A DNA stretch of 64,000 nt from an uncultured Sediminibacterium sp. (GCA_964611995.1 CAZTCS010000001.1:61767-125766), one strand, 5' to 3'; shown: positions 19,681-29,949, counted from the first letter of the stretch. Numbers and translations: made by a program. Notes: a model not told the origin generated them from the letters alone.

Positions 19681-20436
19681 TTAGTAACGTTTCTTAAACT
19701 GACCGCCATTATTGTTATTGCGGTTATTGTTATTATTTCTTCCGCCGCCATTATTGCTGCGGTTATTGTTATTATTTCTTCCGCCACCATTGTTGCTGCG
19801 GTTATTGTTGCTGCCATTGCGGTTGCGACCACCAAAATTTTGCTGCCAGCGTCCGCCTCTACCGCCAGTGCCGTATTCATCGCGTTCAAAATTCTGGTTG
19901 CGATGTTTAATATAAGGAGTATTGCTAAACTCAAGTTCACCGCCGGTTATGCTGTTTAACTCGCTTCTGATGGCATCATCGTGTACAAGCTCTTTATGCC
20001 AGTTACTATAAGCCAGTTTCATGTAATAAGCAATTGCATGAGCAAATCCTGCTTTTTTCTCTGGGTCTTCTTCTTTTAAAGCTTTATCAATAACCACTTC
20101 CAGGTTTTTACCCAGGTGCGCATATTTTGGATGACGCTTCGGATAAGGAAGCGGATCTGGCTTTAATTTATAGGTTTCCTTTTGTGGGATAGGGTATGGA
20201 CTATCTACATCAAGCTTAAAATCGCTGATGAAGAATAAGTGATCCCATAATTTATGACGGAAATCCTCCACATTTTTAAGGTGCGGATTCAAGAAACCCA
20301 TTAATTCAATAACGGCTTGCGTTTGTTGTTGTCTTTTTTCTCTGTCTTCAATGGTCAGCAAATAATCAACCATTTTATGCACGTGACGACCATATTCCCG
20401 CATGCCCAGATAACTTCTCGCTGTATTATATTCCAT
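19681..20436 (-). CDS. DUF4290 family protein with Asn/Gly/Arg-rich tail
   Basis: MEYNT...EYGR, HKLWDHL, DVDSPYP. Adjacent to murA, as is usual in Bacteroidota. Confidence 0.85.
   Translation of the reverse strand: MEYNTARSYLGMREYGRHVHKMVDYLLTIEDREKRQQQTQAVIELMGFLNPHLKNVEDFRHKLWDHLFFISDFKLDVDSPYPIPQKETYKLKPDPLPYPKRHPKYAHLGKNLEVVIDKALKEEDPEKKAGFAHAIAYYMKLAYSNWHKELVHDDAIRSELNSITGGELEFSNTPYIKHRNQNFERDEYGTGGRGGRWQQNFGGRNRNGSNNNRSNNGGGRNNNNNRSNNGGGRNNNNNRNNNNGGQFKKRY
19706..19830 (-). repeat. Coding tandem repeat, ~39 nt unit (GGGRNNNNNRSNN)
   Basis: Two to three near-identical copies of TTATTGCTGCGGTTATTGTTATTATTTCTTCCGCCRCCA. Confidence 0.8.
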
Positions 20437-20559
20437 GTAAAATTTATAAATGCAGGAACAAATGTAGGCAATTCAAGGGGTTAAGCGATAGAATTCGGGT
20501 CAATTAGCGTTAAAGAAATCATTTTTTCAGCACTCCGCCCGGCTGTTTATCTTCGCATT

Positions 20560-21591
20560 ATGGAACAGATCGTGCAACAGATAGAGCAATATAAACAAGA
20601 AATGCTCGCTTTTGAAGCCCAAACCCCCGACCAGGTAGAAGCTTTTCGTATAAAATACCTTGGTACCAAAGGGTTGGTGAAAGCCATAATGGGTGAAATG
20701 AAAAACGTACCCGTAGATCAAAAGAAAGCTTTTGGTCAAACCCTGAATGAATTTAAAGAGTTTGCAGAGGGTCGTTATACACTGCTGAAAGAACAGGCTG
20801 GTGAGCAAACAGATAGTGCAGCTTCTTCAAAAGATATCAGTTTGCCAGGAGATCTGTTTCCTGTTGGCACCAGACATCCATTGAACCTGGTACGCAACCA
20901 GATCATTGGTATATTTCGTCGCCTTGGTTTTGCGGTAGCTGAAGGCCCGGAAATTGAAGACGACTGGCATAATTTCGGTGCGATGAATCTGCCCGAGGAT
21001 CATCCGGCCCGCGACATGCAGGATACTTTTTATATCAGTCAAAACCCAGATTGGTTACTACGTACCCATACTAGTAGTGTACAGGCCAGGGTAATGGAAA
21101 CCCAAAAGCCGCCTATACGTGTTATTTGTCCGGGTCGTGTATATAGAAACGAAACCATAAGCGCCAGGGCGCATTGCTTTTTCCATCAAGTAGAAGGATT
21201 GTATATAGATGAAAACGTAAGTTTTGCCGACCTGAAACAAACCCTTTACTTTTTTGTACAGGAAATGTTTGGCAAACATGTGAAAGTGCGTTTCAGACCC
21301 AGTTACTTTCCTTTTACAGAACCAAGTGCTGAAATGGATATCAGTTGCCAGATATGCGGTGGCGACGGTTGTAATATTTGTAAGCATACTGGCTGGGTTG
21401 AGATATTGGGCAGTGGCATGGTACATCCTAAAGTATTGGAAAACTTTGGCATAGATTCTACCAAATACACTGGTTTTGCATTCGGCATGGGTGTGGAACG
21501 AATCACCCAATTAAAATACCAGGTAAACGACCTGCGCCTTTACTCTCAAAATGATGTGCGATTTTTGAAGCAGTTTACGGGTGTTGTTTAA
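20560..21591 (+). CDS. pheS: Phenylalanine--tRNA ligase alpha subunit
   Basis: HPARDMQDTF, LRTHTSSVQ, FHQVEG, RPSYFPFTEPS, GFAFGMG. Confidence 0.98.
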   Translation: MEQIVQQIEQYKQEMLAFEAQTPDQVEAFRIKYLGTKGLVKAIMGEMKNVPVDQKKAFGQTLNEFKEFAEGRYTLLKEQAGEQTDSAASSKDISLPGDLFPVGTRHPLNLVRNQIIGIFRRLGFAVAEGPEIEDDWHNFGAMNLPEDHPARDMQDTFYISQNPDWLLRTHTSSVQARVMETQKPPIRVICPGRVYRNETISARAHCFFHQVEGLYIDENVSFADLKQTLYFFVQEMFGKHVKVRFRPSYFPFTEPSAEMDISCQICGGDGCNICKHTGWVEILGSGMVHPKVLENFGIDSTKYTGFAFGMGVERITQLKYQVNDLRLYSQNDVRFLKQFTGVV

Positions 21592-21647
21592 CATTAGGCA
21601 AATGGCTGAATCAAGGGCTGAAGTACTTGATGGGTGCTTTAACCTTT

Positions 21648-21673
21648 AGACCATAGTCCATGGTCTATGGTCT
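21648..21673. repeat. Heptamer-built palindrome (CCATAGT/CCATGGT family)
   Basis: AGACCATAG-TCCATGGT-CTATGGTCT, related to the copies at 33535 and 61710. Confidence 0.75.
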
Positions 21674-21690
21674 GTCCCTAAGCTAAAATT

Positions 21691-22428
21691 ATGCTTCACA
21701 CAACAAAAGGCATAGTACTACGAACAGTAAAGTATGGTGATACAAGCATCATTACTACTGTGTATACAGAACTTTTTGGGATTCAGAGTTATCTAGTTAA
21801 AGGGGTAAGACAATCTACCAAAACTTCAGCAGGTAAAGCTTCCTACTTTCAGCCATCTGCCTTGCTTGACATGGAAGTATACCATAATCAGTTTAAGCAA
21901 TTACAATTTGTAAAAGAGTACAGGTGGAGTTATTTGTATGAAACCGTACTTACAGATGTGGTGAAACATGCAGTAGCCATGTATATGATTGAAATGCTGC
22001 AGCATAGCCTTAAACAGCCGGAAGCGAATCCTGAATTATTTTACCTGATAGAAGATAGTTTAAAACAACTCGACAGAGGCAATGAAACATTAACGGCAAA
22101 CCTTCCACTCTATTTTGTTTTGCACCTGGCTACTGAGCTCGGCTTTAAACCACAAGGAAACTATTCGGCAAAAACACCATATTTCGATTTACAGGAAGGC
22201 ATGTTTGTTTCAGAGATACCTGCACACCCCTATTTCCAGGAAGGTAATCAGGCAACTATAACTTCTCAACTGATGGAACTTCAGTTTTATAACGATTTGG
22301 AAAATTTTAAACTGAACCGTACTACAAGAAGAAATTTATTGGAGTCTTACCAAACATTTATGGCCTTGCATATTGCAGACTTCGGCGAACTGAAAACTTT
22401 ATCTATTCTACAGGAAATTCTTAGTTAA
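21691..22428 (+). CDS. recO: DNA repair protein RecO
   Basis: TKGIVLRTVKYGDTS OB-fold start, LGFKP, FDLQEG. Confidence 0.9.
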   Translation: MLHTTKGIVLRTVKYGDTSIITTVYTELFGIQSYLVKGVRQSTKTSAGKASYFQPSALLDMEVYHNQFKQLQFVKEYRWSYLYETVLTDVVKHAVAMYMIEMLQHSLKQPEANPELFYLIEDSLKQLDRGNETLTANLPLYFVLHLATELGFKPQGNYSAKTPYFDLQEGMFVSEIPAHPYFQEGNQATITSQLMELQFYNDLENFKLNRTTRRNLLESYQTFMALHIADFGELKTLSILQEILS

Positions 22429-22489
22429 GTAAAGTCAGGTAACGAAGGTTTAGCTTAAGCCTCTAAAAAGCATTGTGCAACAATAAATA

Positions 22490-23635
22490 CTAGAGAAGCC
22501 GCTTAATTGCTGAACTACCATCGATTAAAAGAATACCTGGCTTTTTTCCTTTTTCAAAACTTCCATACATATTGTCTAACCCTAAAGCCCTGGCGCCGTT
22601 TAAGGTAGCAGCTTGCAGCAATACCGATAAGGATATATGCGGAAAATGGGTTCGAAGGGTATTGATTTCTTGCCATATACTTAATTGATGATTGCTTGCC
22701 AGGCTATCTGTTCCAATACAAATATTTAACTGGTTTTGGAGCAATAAATCAACAGGAGGCAAAACATTTTCGATGTATAAATTGGCATTCGGACAAAGAC
22801 AAAATGTTACCGGTGTGCTATATTGTTTTACAACATCAATATCTTCTTGACTGGTAAAATTATTATGTACAAGCGTTACCTGTTTCCCATTTTTCATTTT
22901 ACTGAAATATGCAGCTAAACTATTAATACCAGAAGCTTTGAAACCTGGATTGCTGATTTGCATGGTTTCATATAAGCGAATAAAATCTCCTGATGCCTCT
23001 TTGAACAATTCATTCTCTGCTGCTGATTCCTGATTATGAATCGTGAGAATATTGTTGGCAAAATAGGGCTGCATCAAGTTCCACAAATCATCTGAAACAG
23101 AATAAGGAGCATGTGGCACTAAACTGGTTTGATGAGGGAAAACGTTCTTAAAATCATGGTAATATTCCAGTGATTTTTCCATTCTGATTGCTGCAACCAA
23201 AGGATTCCATCCACTCACTTCAATGAAATTATGGTAGCGTAAGCGGTTTAGTTTTTTTTGTGTTAGTGTAAGCGTGTTATTACAGATATCTCCAACAGCA
23301 ACAATACCTGCTGAGCGCATATCATTCTCGGCTTTTTCTATGGCCGCCAGTATTTCATCTTCGGGAAAATGCCTTTGTTGAACTATTTGTAATACAAAAT
23401 CTACTATTCCGGTATGTTCGGGTATGAGTCCTTTCATGTGACTCAGCTCAAGGTGACAATGAGCATTAATAAATCCCGGACAAAGTATTCCTTCAAATAT
23501 TTGTATATCCTCTCCGGCAGATTCAACAGGCACTATTGCTTCAACTATACCATGGTCGTCGGTAATCAGCACTAAATCATCCTCCAACATTGCTGTGCCG
23601 GTAAACAATTGACTTGCTTTGAATTTCTCGAGCAA
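22490..23635 (-). CDS. Amidohydrolase family protein (deaminase-like); start uncertain, TTG 23635 assumed
   Basis: PGFINAHCHLE, VGDI, PHAPYS, IHNQES, GTDS, ATLNGARAL. Confidence 0.85.
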   Translation of the reverse strand: MLEKFKASQLFTGTAMLEDDLVLITDDHGIVEAIVPVESAGEDIQIFEGILCPGFINAHCHLELSHMKGLIPEHTGIVDFVLQIVQQRHFPEDEILAAIEKAENDMRSAGIVAVGDICNNTLTLTQKKLNRLRYHNFIEVSGWNPLVAAIRMEKSLEYYHDFKNVFPHQTSLVPHAPYSVSDDLWNLMQPYFANNILTIHNQESAAENELFKEASGDFIRLYETMQISNPGFKASGINSLAAYFSKMKNGKQVTLVHNNFTSQEDIDVVKQYSTPVTFCLCPNANLYIENVLPPVDLLLQNQLNICIGTDSLASNHQLSIWQEINTLRTHFPHISLSVLLQAATLNGARALGLDNMYGSFEKGKKPGILLIDGSSAIKRLL

Positions 23636-23801
23636 TGAAATAAGGGATTGATTTAAAACGAAGTTATTGGATTGGGAGCTTGTAGCAAAGTATACAAATG
23701 GGTTGTTGAACTTTATTCCACTCAATTTTAGTTGAACAAAAGTTAATACTATAAGCCTTTAAAAGACAATTTTCCTATTTTCATAGTTCAAATTTTGTTG
23801 C

Positions 23802-24365
23802 ATGTCAAAGAAGAAATTATCTGTAAAACAAGCAGAAGAACTAATGGATGTTTTAAAGCTGCGGTTTGAAAAATACCCTAAAAGACATAAAGGCATTGAG
23901 TGGAAAGACGTTGAAGTTAAGCTGAAGAAAAATGCAGATGCATTATGGTCGCTGAGTGAAATGGAGAGAACAGGTGGTGAGCCTGATGTGGTAGGAATTG
24001 ATAAAAAAGCTGGTACCATTACTTTTATGGACTGCTCTGCGGAGAGCCCTTCTGGAAGGAGAAGTTTGTGTTACGATAGAGAAGCACTAGACAGCAGGAA
24101 AGAGTTTAAGCCCGCCGATACTGCCATCGATATGGCTAAGGTAATGGGCGTAGAAATTCTGGATGAAAATGAATACAGATACCTGCAGGAGCTGGGAAAT
24201 TTTGATGCCAAAACTTCCAGTTGGCTAAAAACCCCAGATGCAATTCGTAAGCATGGAGGAGCCGTTTTTGGTGATTGGCGATACCATCATGTGTTTGTAT
24301 ACCATAACGGGGCTGGTTCTTATTATGCGGCCAGAGGGTTCAGGGCATGTTTAATATTAGATTAA
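23802..24365 (+). CDS. DUF4256 family protein
   Basis: MERTGGEPDVV, ESPSGRRSLCYD, VYHNGAGSYYAARGFR. Confidence 0.85.
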   Translation: MSKKKLSVKQAEELMDVLKLRFEKYPKRHKGIEWKDVEVKLKKNADALWSLSEMERTGGEPDVVGIDKKAGTITFMDCSAESPSGRRSLCYDREALDSRKEFKPADTAIDMAKVMGVEILDENEYRYLQELGNFDAKTSSWLKTPDAIRKHGGAVFGDWRYHHVFVYHNGAGSYYAARGFRACLILD

Positions 24366-24441
24366 TAACCAAGGCTTGCCGATCGTGTAATAACTATTGC
24401 TGACAATTAGCTGAATGTAACTTTGGCGGAAAATTATAACC

Positions 24442-24897
24442 ATGGATTCGCTTTTTAAAATATGGGAAACCAGCCGTAACAATTACCTGCGATTTATAGA
24501 ACCCTTGACTTTAGAAGAACTCAACCGGATACCGGAAGGTTTTAGTAATAATATTATCTGGAATGTTGGACATATAATTGTAGCTCAGCAATCGCTGATA
24601 TACCGTTTGTCTGGCCAACCAATGCATGTTTCAGACGAAATGTTTAACAGGTACAAACCAGGCTCGAAACCTGAAATGGATGTTACACAGGCGGAGGTAG
24701 ATGAACTCAAGCATTTATTGTTGGAACTCTGTCAACAAACAAAAAATGATATAGAGCAGCAAATCTTTACCAGTTTTACAGAAAGGATGACGGTTACCGG
24801 ATTTCACCTTGGTACATTGGCTGATGCATTGGAATTCAATAATTATCATGAAGGATTACACCTGGGTATGATGATGAGTATCAGAAAGTTCTTGTAA
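24442..24897 (+). CDS. DinB family protein
   Basis: NNIIWNVGH and HEGLHLG His triad. Confidence 0.9.
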   Translation: MDSLFKIWETSRNNYLRFIEPLTLEELNRIPEGFSNNIIWNVGHIIVAQQSLIYRLSGQPMHVSDEMFNRYKPGSKPEMDVTQAEVDELKHLLLELCQQTKNDIEQQIFTSFTERMTVTGFHLGTLADALEFNNYHEGLHLGMMMSIRKFL

Positions 24898-25043
24898 GTT
24901 TCTTGGCTAATTGGTAAACAGATGTTAGTTTTTTAATATCAACCCCTAACGGCCAACTTTTACCGATTTTTAATGCCAATAAAACGTGAAAACGAATTTT
25001 CTGCCTTTTTAAAGCAGATTAATGGGTATTTTTGCTAACTGAT

Positions 25044-25481
25044 ATGGCATTGTTGACCAAAAACCGTAAGTATAAAAACATAGGAAATACTATTAAAACC
25101 ACTGTAGGTTCAGTGGCTTTAATGGCATGGCTTCTCTTGTTTTTTGCCGGTTCGCTAAAGGCCAACTCCCAATCTATCCCCTTTACCAAGTCTGCCAAAA
25201 CAGTTGTAGTTGACAAAACAAGTCCATCAAAACTTCCAACTGATCCTTCAGAACCGCTTCCACTACCTGAAGATCCGGAATCAAATGAAGCAGAGCTTGA
25301 TGATGAAGTTGATAACGACAAAAGATTCTCTTTTACCGCTTACCTTATTCAATTAGTTGTATTACAGCAAACAGCTGAAATACAGGCGGTTCAATCCTTT
25401 CATTATAACCAGTCTATACAGCAGCGTATAGCTATTCCTCTTTTTATACTCCACCATTCCTGGAAAAGTTACCTGGTCTGA
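25044..25481 (+). CDS. Hypothetical protein, possible leader ORF of the RND operon
   Basis: ATG 9 nt after TATTTTTG, hydrophobic segment, acidic linker, C-terminal IPLFILHHSWKSYLV. Confidence 0.65.
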   Translation: MALLTKNRKYKNIGNTIKTTVGSVALMAWLLLFFAGSLKANSQSIPFTKSAKTVVVDKTSPSKLPTDPSEPLPLPEDPESNEAELDDEVDNDKRFSFTAYLIQLVVLQQTAEIQAVQSFHYNQSIQQRIAIPLFILHHSWKSYLV

Positions 25482-25598
25482 TTTTATGTTGATTTGAAAA
25501 TCAAACTGTGCTGCGTTCAAACTCAGCCACCATTGTACAGGTATGTATTTACCTGTGTGATAGATTCTTTTATCCTCGTTAGTTAATTAAATCAGACC

Positions 25599-26684
25599 AT
25601 GAAGCAATTTTTTATTCCAATTATTATTGCAGCCTCTTTATCTGTTGTTGGTTGCAAAGAACATAAAGAAGAACACAAAGAAGAAATAAGTTTTATCGTT
25701 ACAAGTCCTATCGAAAAAGATACAACGATACACCAGGAATATGTTTGTCAAATACATTCCATTCAACACATTGAATTGAGGGCCCTGGAAAAAGGTTATC
25801 TCCAGCATATTTATGTAAATGAAGGACAGTTCGTAAAAAAAGGGCAATTGATGTTTCAGATCATGCCCCTGATTTATCAGGCAGAAACCCAGAAGGCCGA
25901 AGCTGAAGTAAGTTTTGCAAAAATTGAATATCAGAATACTAAACAGCTTGCAGATAGTAACATTGTTTCAAAAAATGAACTGGCATTAGCGAAAGCAAAA
26001 TTAGAAAAGGCACAGGCTGAATTGTCGTTAGCAAAAGCACATCTCGCATTTACTGAAATAAGGGCACCATTTGATGGTATCATGGATCGCTTTAACGTAA
26101 GACTGGGAAGTCTTGTAGATGAAGGTGAATTACTTTCTACACTTGCAGATAACAGTAAAATGTGGATATACTTCAATGTACCCGAAGCTGAATACCTGGA
26201 TTATATCAACAGAAAAAAATCTGATCAGGCTTCTATAGTTCAGTTGCAAATGGCTAACCACCAAATATTTGAGCATTCAGGTATTGTGGAAACCATTGAG
26301 GCTGATTTTAATAATGAAACTGGTAACATCGCTTTTAGGGCAACTTTCCCCAATCCAAAACGTGTATTGCGTCATGGCGAAACAGGTAATATTTTGATGC
26401 CTGTTAACCTTAAAAAAGCGATACTGATTCCACAAAAATCAACTTTCGATGTACTCGATAAAAAATTCGTGTATGTAGTTGATGAGCATAATGTATTGAA
26501 AGCAAGACAGATCACCATTGCACAGGAAATGCCGCATGTTTATGTAGTGTCATCCGGACTTAGTCCGAAAGATAAGATCCTTGCTGAAGGTTTGGGAAAG
26601 GTAAAAAACAATGAACACATCAAGTATTCATTTGTATCCTTCGAAAAGGAACTCGCTGAGTTAAACAATTTACATGCGGAATAG
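25599..26684 (+). CDS. RND efflux periplasmic adaptor (MFP), lipoprotein
   Basis: Lipobox VVGC, EGQFVKKGQLMF, IRAPFDG, RATFPNP. Confidence 0.93.
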   Translation: MKQFFIPIIIAASLSVVGCKEHKEEHKEEISFIVTSPIEKDTTIHQEYVCQIHSIQHIELRALEKGYLQHIYVNEGQFVKKGQLMFQIMPLIYQAETQKAEAEVSFAKIEYQNTKQLADSNIVSKNELALAKAKLEKAQAELSLAKAHLAFTEIRAPFDGIMDRFNVRLGSLVDEGELLSTLADNSKMWIYFNVPEAEYLDYINRKKSDQASIVQLQMANHQIFEHSGIVETIEADFNNETGNIAFRATFPNPKRVLRHGETGNILMPVNLKKAILIPQKSTFDVLDKKFVYVVDEHNVLKARQITIAQEMPHVYVVSSGLSPKDKILAEGLGKVKNNEHIKYSFVSFEKELAELNNLHAE

Positions 26685-26706
26685 CGCAGGACCCCTAAAA
26701 AATTAA

Positions 26707-29700
26707 ATGATGTTTAATAAGTTTATAAAAAGACCGGTTCTTGCTATTGCCTTATCCGTAGTAATCGTGTTCATGGGATTACTGGCAATCAGAACCTCTC
26801 CCGTTGCACAATTTCCTGAAATCGCACCACCTCGTGTAAATATCTTTATTGAATTTCCTGGTTCCAATGCAGATGTATTGGTGAAATCAACACTCACTAT
26901 TCTTGAACGAGCCATTAATGGTGTACAGGGTATGCAGTATATGCTATCAGATGCAACAAGTGCAAGTGAAGCAAGTATTGAAGTAATTTTTGAACCAGGA
27001 ACAGATCCCACACTGGCAGCAGTTCGTGTAAAGTCGAGGGTAGATCAGGTAATGACCAATTTACCACCACTGGTACAAAGAGAGGGAGTTATCATTTCTC
27101 CTCTTCAGCCCAGTATGTTGATGTATCTGAACCTTTACAGTGAAGAAAATAATGTAGATGAAAAATTTCTGTTCAACTATGCCAATACTTATATCCTTCC
27201 TGAATTACAACGTATAAATGGTATGGGTTTTGCCCAGGCCATTGGTAGCCGGGCTTTTGCCATAAGGGTATGGTTAGATCCTGAAAGAATGCGGGCCTAT
27301 AATATTTCCGCAGAAGAAGTATTGAAATCGATTGATGAACAAAGTGTATTGGCCAGACCAGGAAGGGTGGGTCTAAGCTCTGGTAAAACAGCACAATCGC
27401 AGGAATATGTATTTACCTATAAAGGTTGGTACAATACTCCGGAGCAATACCAGGATATCATCATTAAAGCAAATTCAAATGGAGAGATACTAAAACTGCG
27501 TGATATCGCTGAAGTAGAAGTAGGAAGTGAGTTTGTTGATATTTACTCTAATAAAGACGGACACCCATCGGCCTCTTTGGTGCTTAAGCAAAACCCTGGT
27601 AGTAACGCCAGTACAGTTATAAAAGAAGTAAAAGCAAAACTGGAAGAGTTAAGAAAAGATTTCCCCCCAGGTGTTAATTATGAAATCAATTACGATGTAT
27701 CGAAGTTTGTGGATGCCTCTATTGAAAAGGTATTGCATACTTTACTGGAAGCCTTTGTGCTTGTTGCGATCGTTGTGTTTGTATTTCTTGGCGACTGGCG
27801 CTCTACATTCATCCCCATTCTTGCGGTACCGGTATCATTGATTGGTGCATTTGCGTTGATGAAGTTTTTTGGACTAAGCATCAACCTGATCACTTTATTC
27901 GCATTGGTACTCGCCATTGGAGTGGTGGTAGATGATGCCATTGTGGTAGTGGAAGCGGTTCACGTGAAAATGGAAGAAGAGCACCTTTCGCCTTACGCCG
28001 CTGTGAAAAAAGTTATTCGTGAGATCAGCGGGGCCATTATTGCCATTACACTGGTTATGACTTCCGTATTTGTTCCTGTTGCATTTATGACAGGACCGGT
28101 TGGGGTACTCTACCGGCAATTTTCATTAACAATGGCAAGCGCAATTGTGATTTCAGGTTTTGTGGCACTTACGCTTACACCAGTATTGTGCGCCATGTTG
28201 TTAAAGAATACCCATGGTAAACCAAAACGAAGAACACCCATCAGCATGTTTATCGATTGGTTCAATAAAACTTTCGAAAAAGTTACCGGTAAGTACACGA
28301 AATTTCTTTCACTGATTGTTAATAGAAGGCTTATCACTTATGGACTATTAATAGCATTCGCTTTTGGTATCATGAGTATTGATAAAGTACTTCCGGCGGG
28401 ATTTATTCCGAGTGAAGACCAGGGACAGATTTATGCCATCATTCAAACTCCTCCTGGTACCACACTTGAGCGTACCAATGAGATATCGAGAAAGTTGCAA
28501 TTACTAGCCAAAAAAGTAGAAGCTGTTTCTTCTGTTACATCTCTTGCAGGATATGAAATTCTTACAGAAGGTCGCGGTTCGAACGCGGGTACCTGTTTGA
28601 TCAATCTGAAAGACTGGTCTGAAAGAAAACAATCCGTAAAAGAGGTTATTGAAGAGTTGGAGAAAATGTCGAAAGACCTTCCAGCAAATATTGAATACTT
28701 CGAACCACCTGCAGTGCCTGGATATGGTACATCAGACGGGTTTTCATTGCGCCTCCTTGATAAAGGTAGTGATGTGAATTACCAGGAATTTGATAAAGTA
28801 AATACAGAATTTCTCGCCGCGTTGCGTAAGCGCAAAGAGTTGTCTGGTATGTTTTCTTTTTATTCTGCAAAGTATCCACAGTATGAGATAACGGTAGATA
28901 ATGCACTGGCTATGCAGAAAGGTGTTTCACTGGGTAATGCAATGGAAAACCTGAATATCATGATCGGTAGTACTTATGAGCAGGGTTTTATTCGATTTAA
29001 TAATTACTACAAAGTATATACCCAGGCAGGTCCGGAGTTTAGGAAACAACCTTCAGACATTTTAAACATGTTCGTTAAAAATGATCATGGAGAGATGGTT
29101 CCTTATTCGGCTTTTATGAAGATCAAGAAAACCCAGGGTCCGAATGAAATTGCACGCTATAATTTATATATCTCATCGTTAATCAATGGTACTCCGGCAA
29201 AAGGATATTCATCTGGAGATGCTATTAAAGCGATTAAAGAAGTAGCCGCAGAATCGTTACCACGTGGTTATGATATTGCCTGGGAAGGACTTTCCTACGA
29301 CGAAGCAAGAAGGGGTAATGAAGCGCTTTACCTGTTTTTGATTGTGATCTTTTTCGTGTATTTGATCCTTGCCGCCCAATATGAAAGCTTCCTGTTACCT
29401 ATGGCGGTATTGTTATCAATACCTCCGGGCATTTTCGGTTCATTCCTTTTGTTAAAGGGAATGGGACTTGCAAATGACATTTATGCTCAGGTGGGTTTGA
29501 TTATGCTCGTTGGATTACTAGGAAAAAATGCAGTACTTATTGTTGAGTTTGCAGTGCAAAAACACAATAAAGGCGCAACCGTTCTGGCGGCAGCGATCGA
29601 AGGTGCCAAAGCTCGTTTCAGACCTATTTTGATGACTTCATTTGCATTCATAGCTGGTTTGATTCCGTTGGTGATCGCTACTGGTCCAGGTGCAGTTGGT

Positions 29701-29949
29701 AACCATACCATCGGTGCTTCTGCCCTGGGTGGTATGCTGTTCGGAACGGTCTTCGGTGTAATCATTGTGCCCGGTCTCTATTTCATCTTTGGAAAATTAC
29801 AGGAAGGTAGATACCTAATCAGAGATGAAGATAAAAATCCATTGAGTGAAGACCTGGTAGATAATAGCGAGGATAATTCACTGACCAGAAAGATCAAAAA
29901 AATTATTGCAAGAATCAGAAACAAAAAAGACAATGAAACTGCTCATTAA
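26707..29949 (+). CDS. RND efflux permease (HAE1/AcrB family)
   Basis: FIKRPVLA, QFPEIAPP, GVVVDDAIVVVE, GKNAVLIVEFA, RFRPILMTS. Confidence 0.96.
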   Translation: MMFNKFIKRPVLAIALSVVIVFMGLLAIRTSPVAQFPEIAPPRVNIFIEFPGSNADVLVKSTLTILERAINGVQGMQYMLSDATSASEASIEVIFEPGTDPTLAAVRVKSRVDQVMTNLPPLVQREGVIISPLQPSMLMYLNLYSEENNVDEKFLFNYANTYILPELQRINGMGFAQAIGSRAFAIRVWLDPERMRAYNISAEEVLKSIDEQSVLARPGRVGLSSGKTAQSQEYVFTYKGWYNTPEQYQDIIIKANSNGEILKLRDIAEVEVGSEFVDIYSNKDGHPSASLVLKQNPGSNASTVIKEVKAKLEELRKDFPPGVNYEINYDVSKFVDASIEKVLHTLLEAFVLVAIVVFVFLGDWRSTFIPILAVPVSLIGAFALMKFFGLSINLITLFALVLAIGVVVDDAIVVVEAVHVKMEEEHLSPYAAVKKVIREISGAIIAITLVMTSVFVPVAFMTGPVGVLYRQFSLTMASAIVISGFVALTLTPVLCAMLLKNTHGKPKRRTPISMFIDWFNKTFEKVTGKYTKFLSLIVNRRLITYGLLIAFAFGIMSIDKVLPAGFIPSEDQGQIYAIIQTPPGTTLERTNEISRKLQLLAKKVEAVSSVTSLAGYEILTEGRGSNAGTCLINLKDWSERKQSVKEVIEELEKMSKDLPANIEYFEPPAVPGYGTSDGFSLRLLDKGSDVNYQEFDKVNTEFLAALRKRKELSGMFSFYSAKYPQYEITVDNALAMQKGVSLGNAMENLNIMIGSTYEQGFIRFNNYYKVYTQAGPEFRKQPSDILNMFVKNDHGEMVPYSAFMKIKKTQGPNEIARYNLYISSLINGTPAKGYSSGDAIKAIKEVAAESLPRGYDIAWEGLSYDEARRGNEALYLFLIVIFFVYLILAAQYESFLLPMAVLLSIPPGIFGSFLLLKGMGLANDIYAQVGLIMLVGLLGKNAVLIVEFAVQKHNKGATVLAAAIEGAKARFRPILMTSFAFIAGLIPLVIATGPGAVGNHTIGASALGGMLFGTVFGVIIVPGLYFIFGKLQEGRYLIRDEDKNPLSEDLVDNSEDNSLTRKIKKIIARIRNKKDNETAH

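Noticed and set aside
19572-19959. Very hydrophobic repetitive ORFs (19600-19959 +, 19712-19915 +, 19572-19940 -) that look like membrane peptides
   Set aside because: Frame and antisense products of the Asn/Gly/Arg repeat in the DUF4290 tail, with no independent start signals
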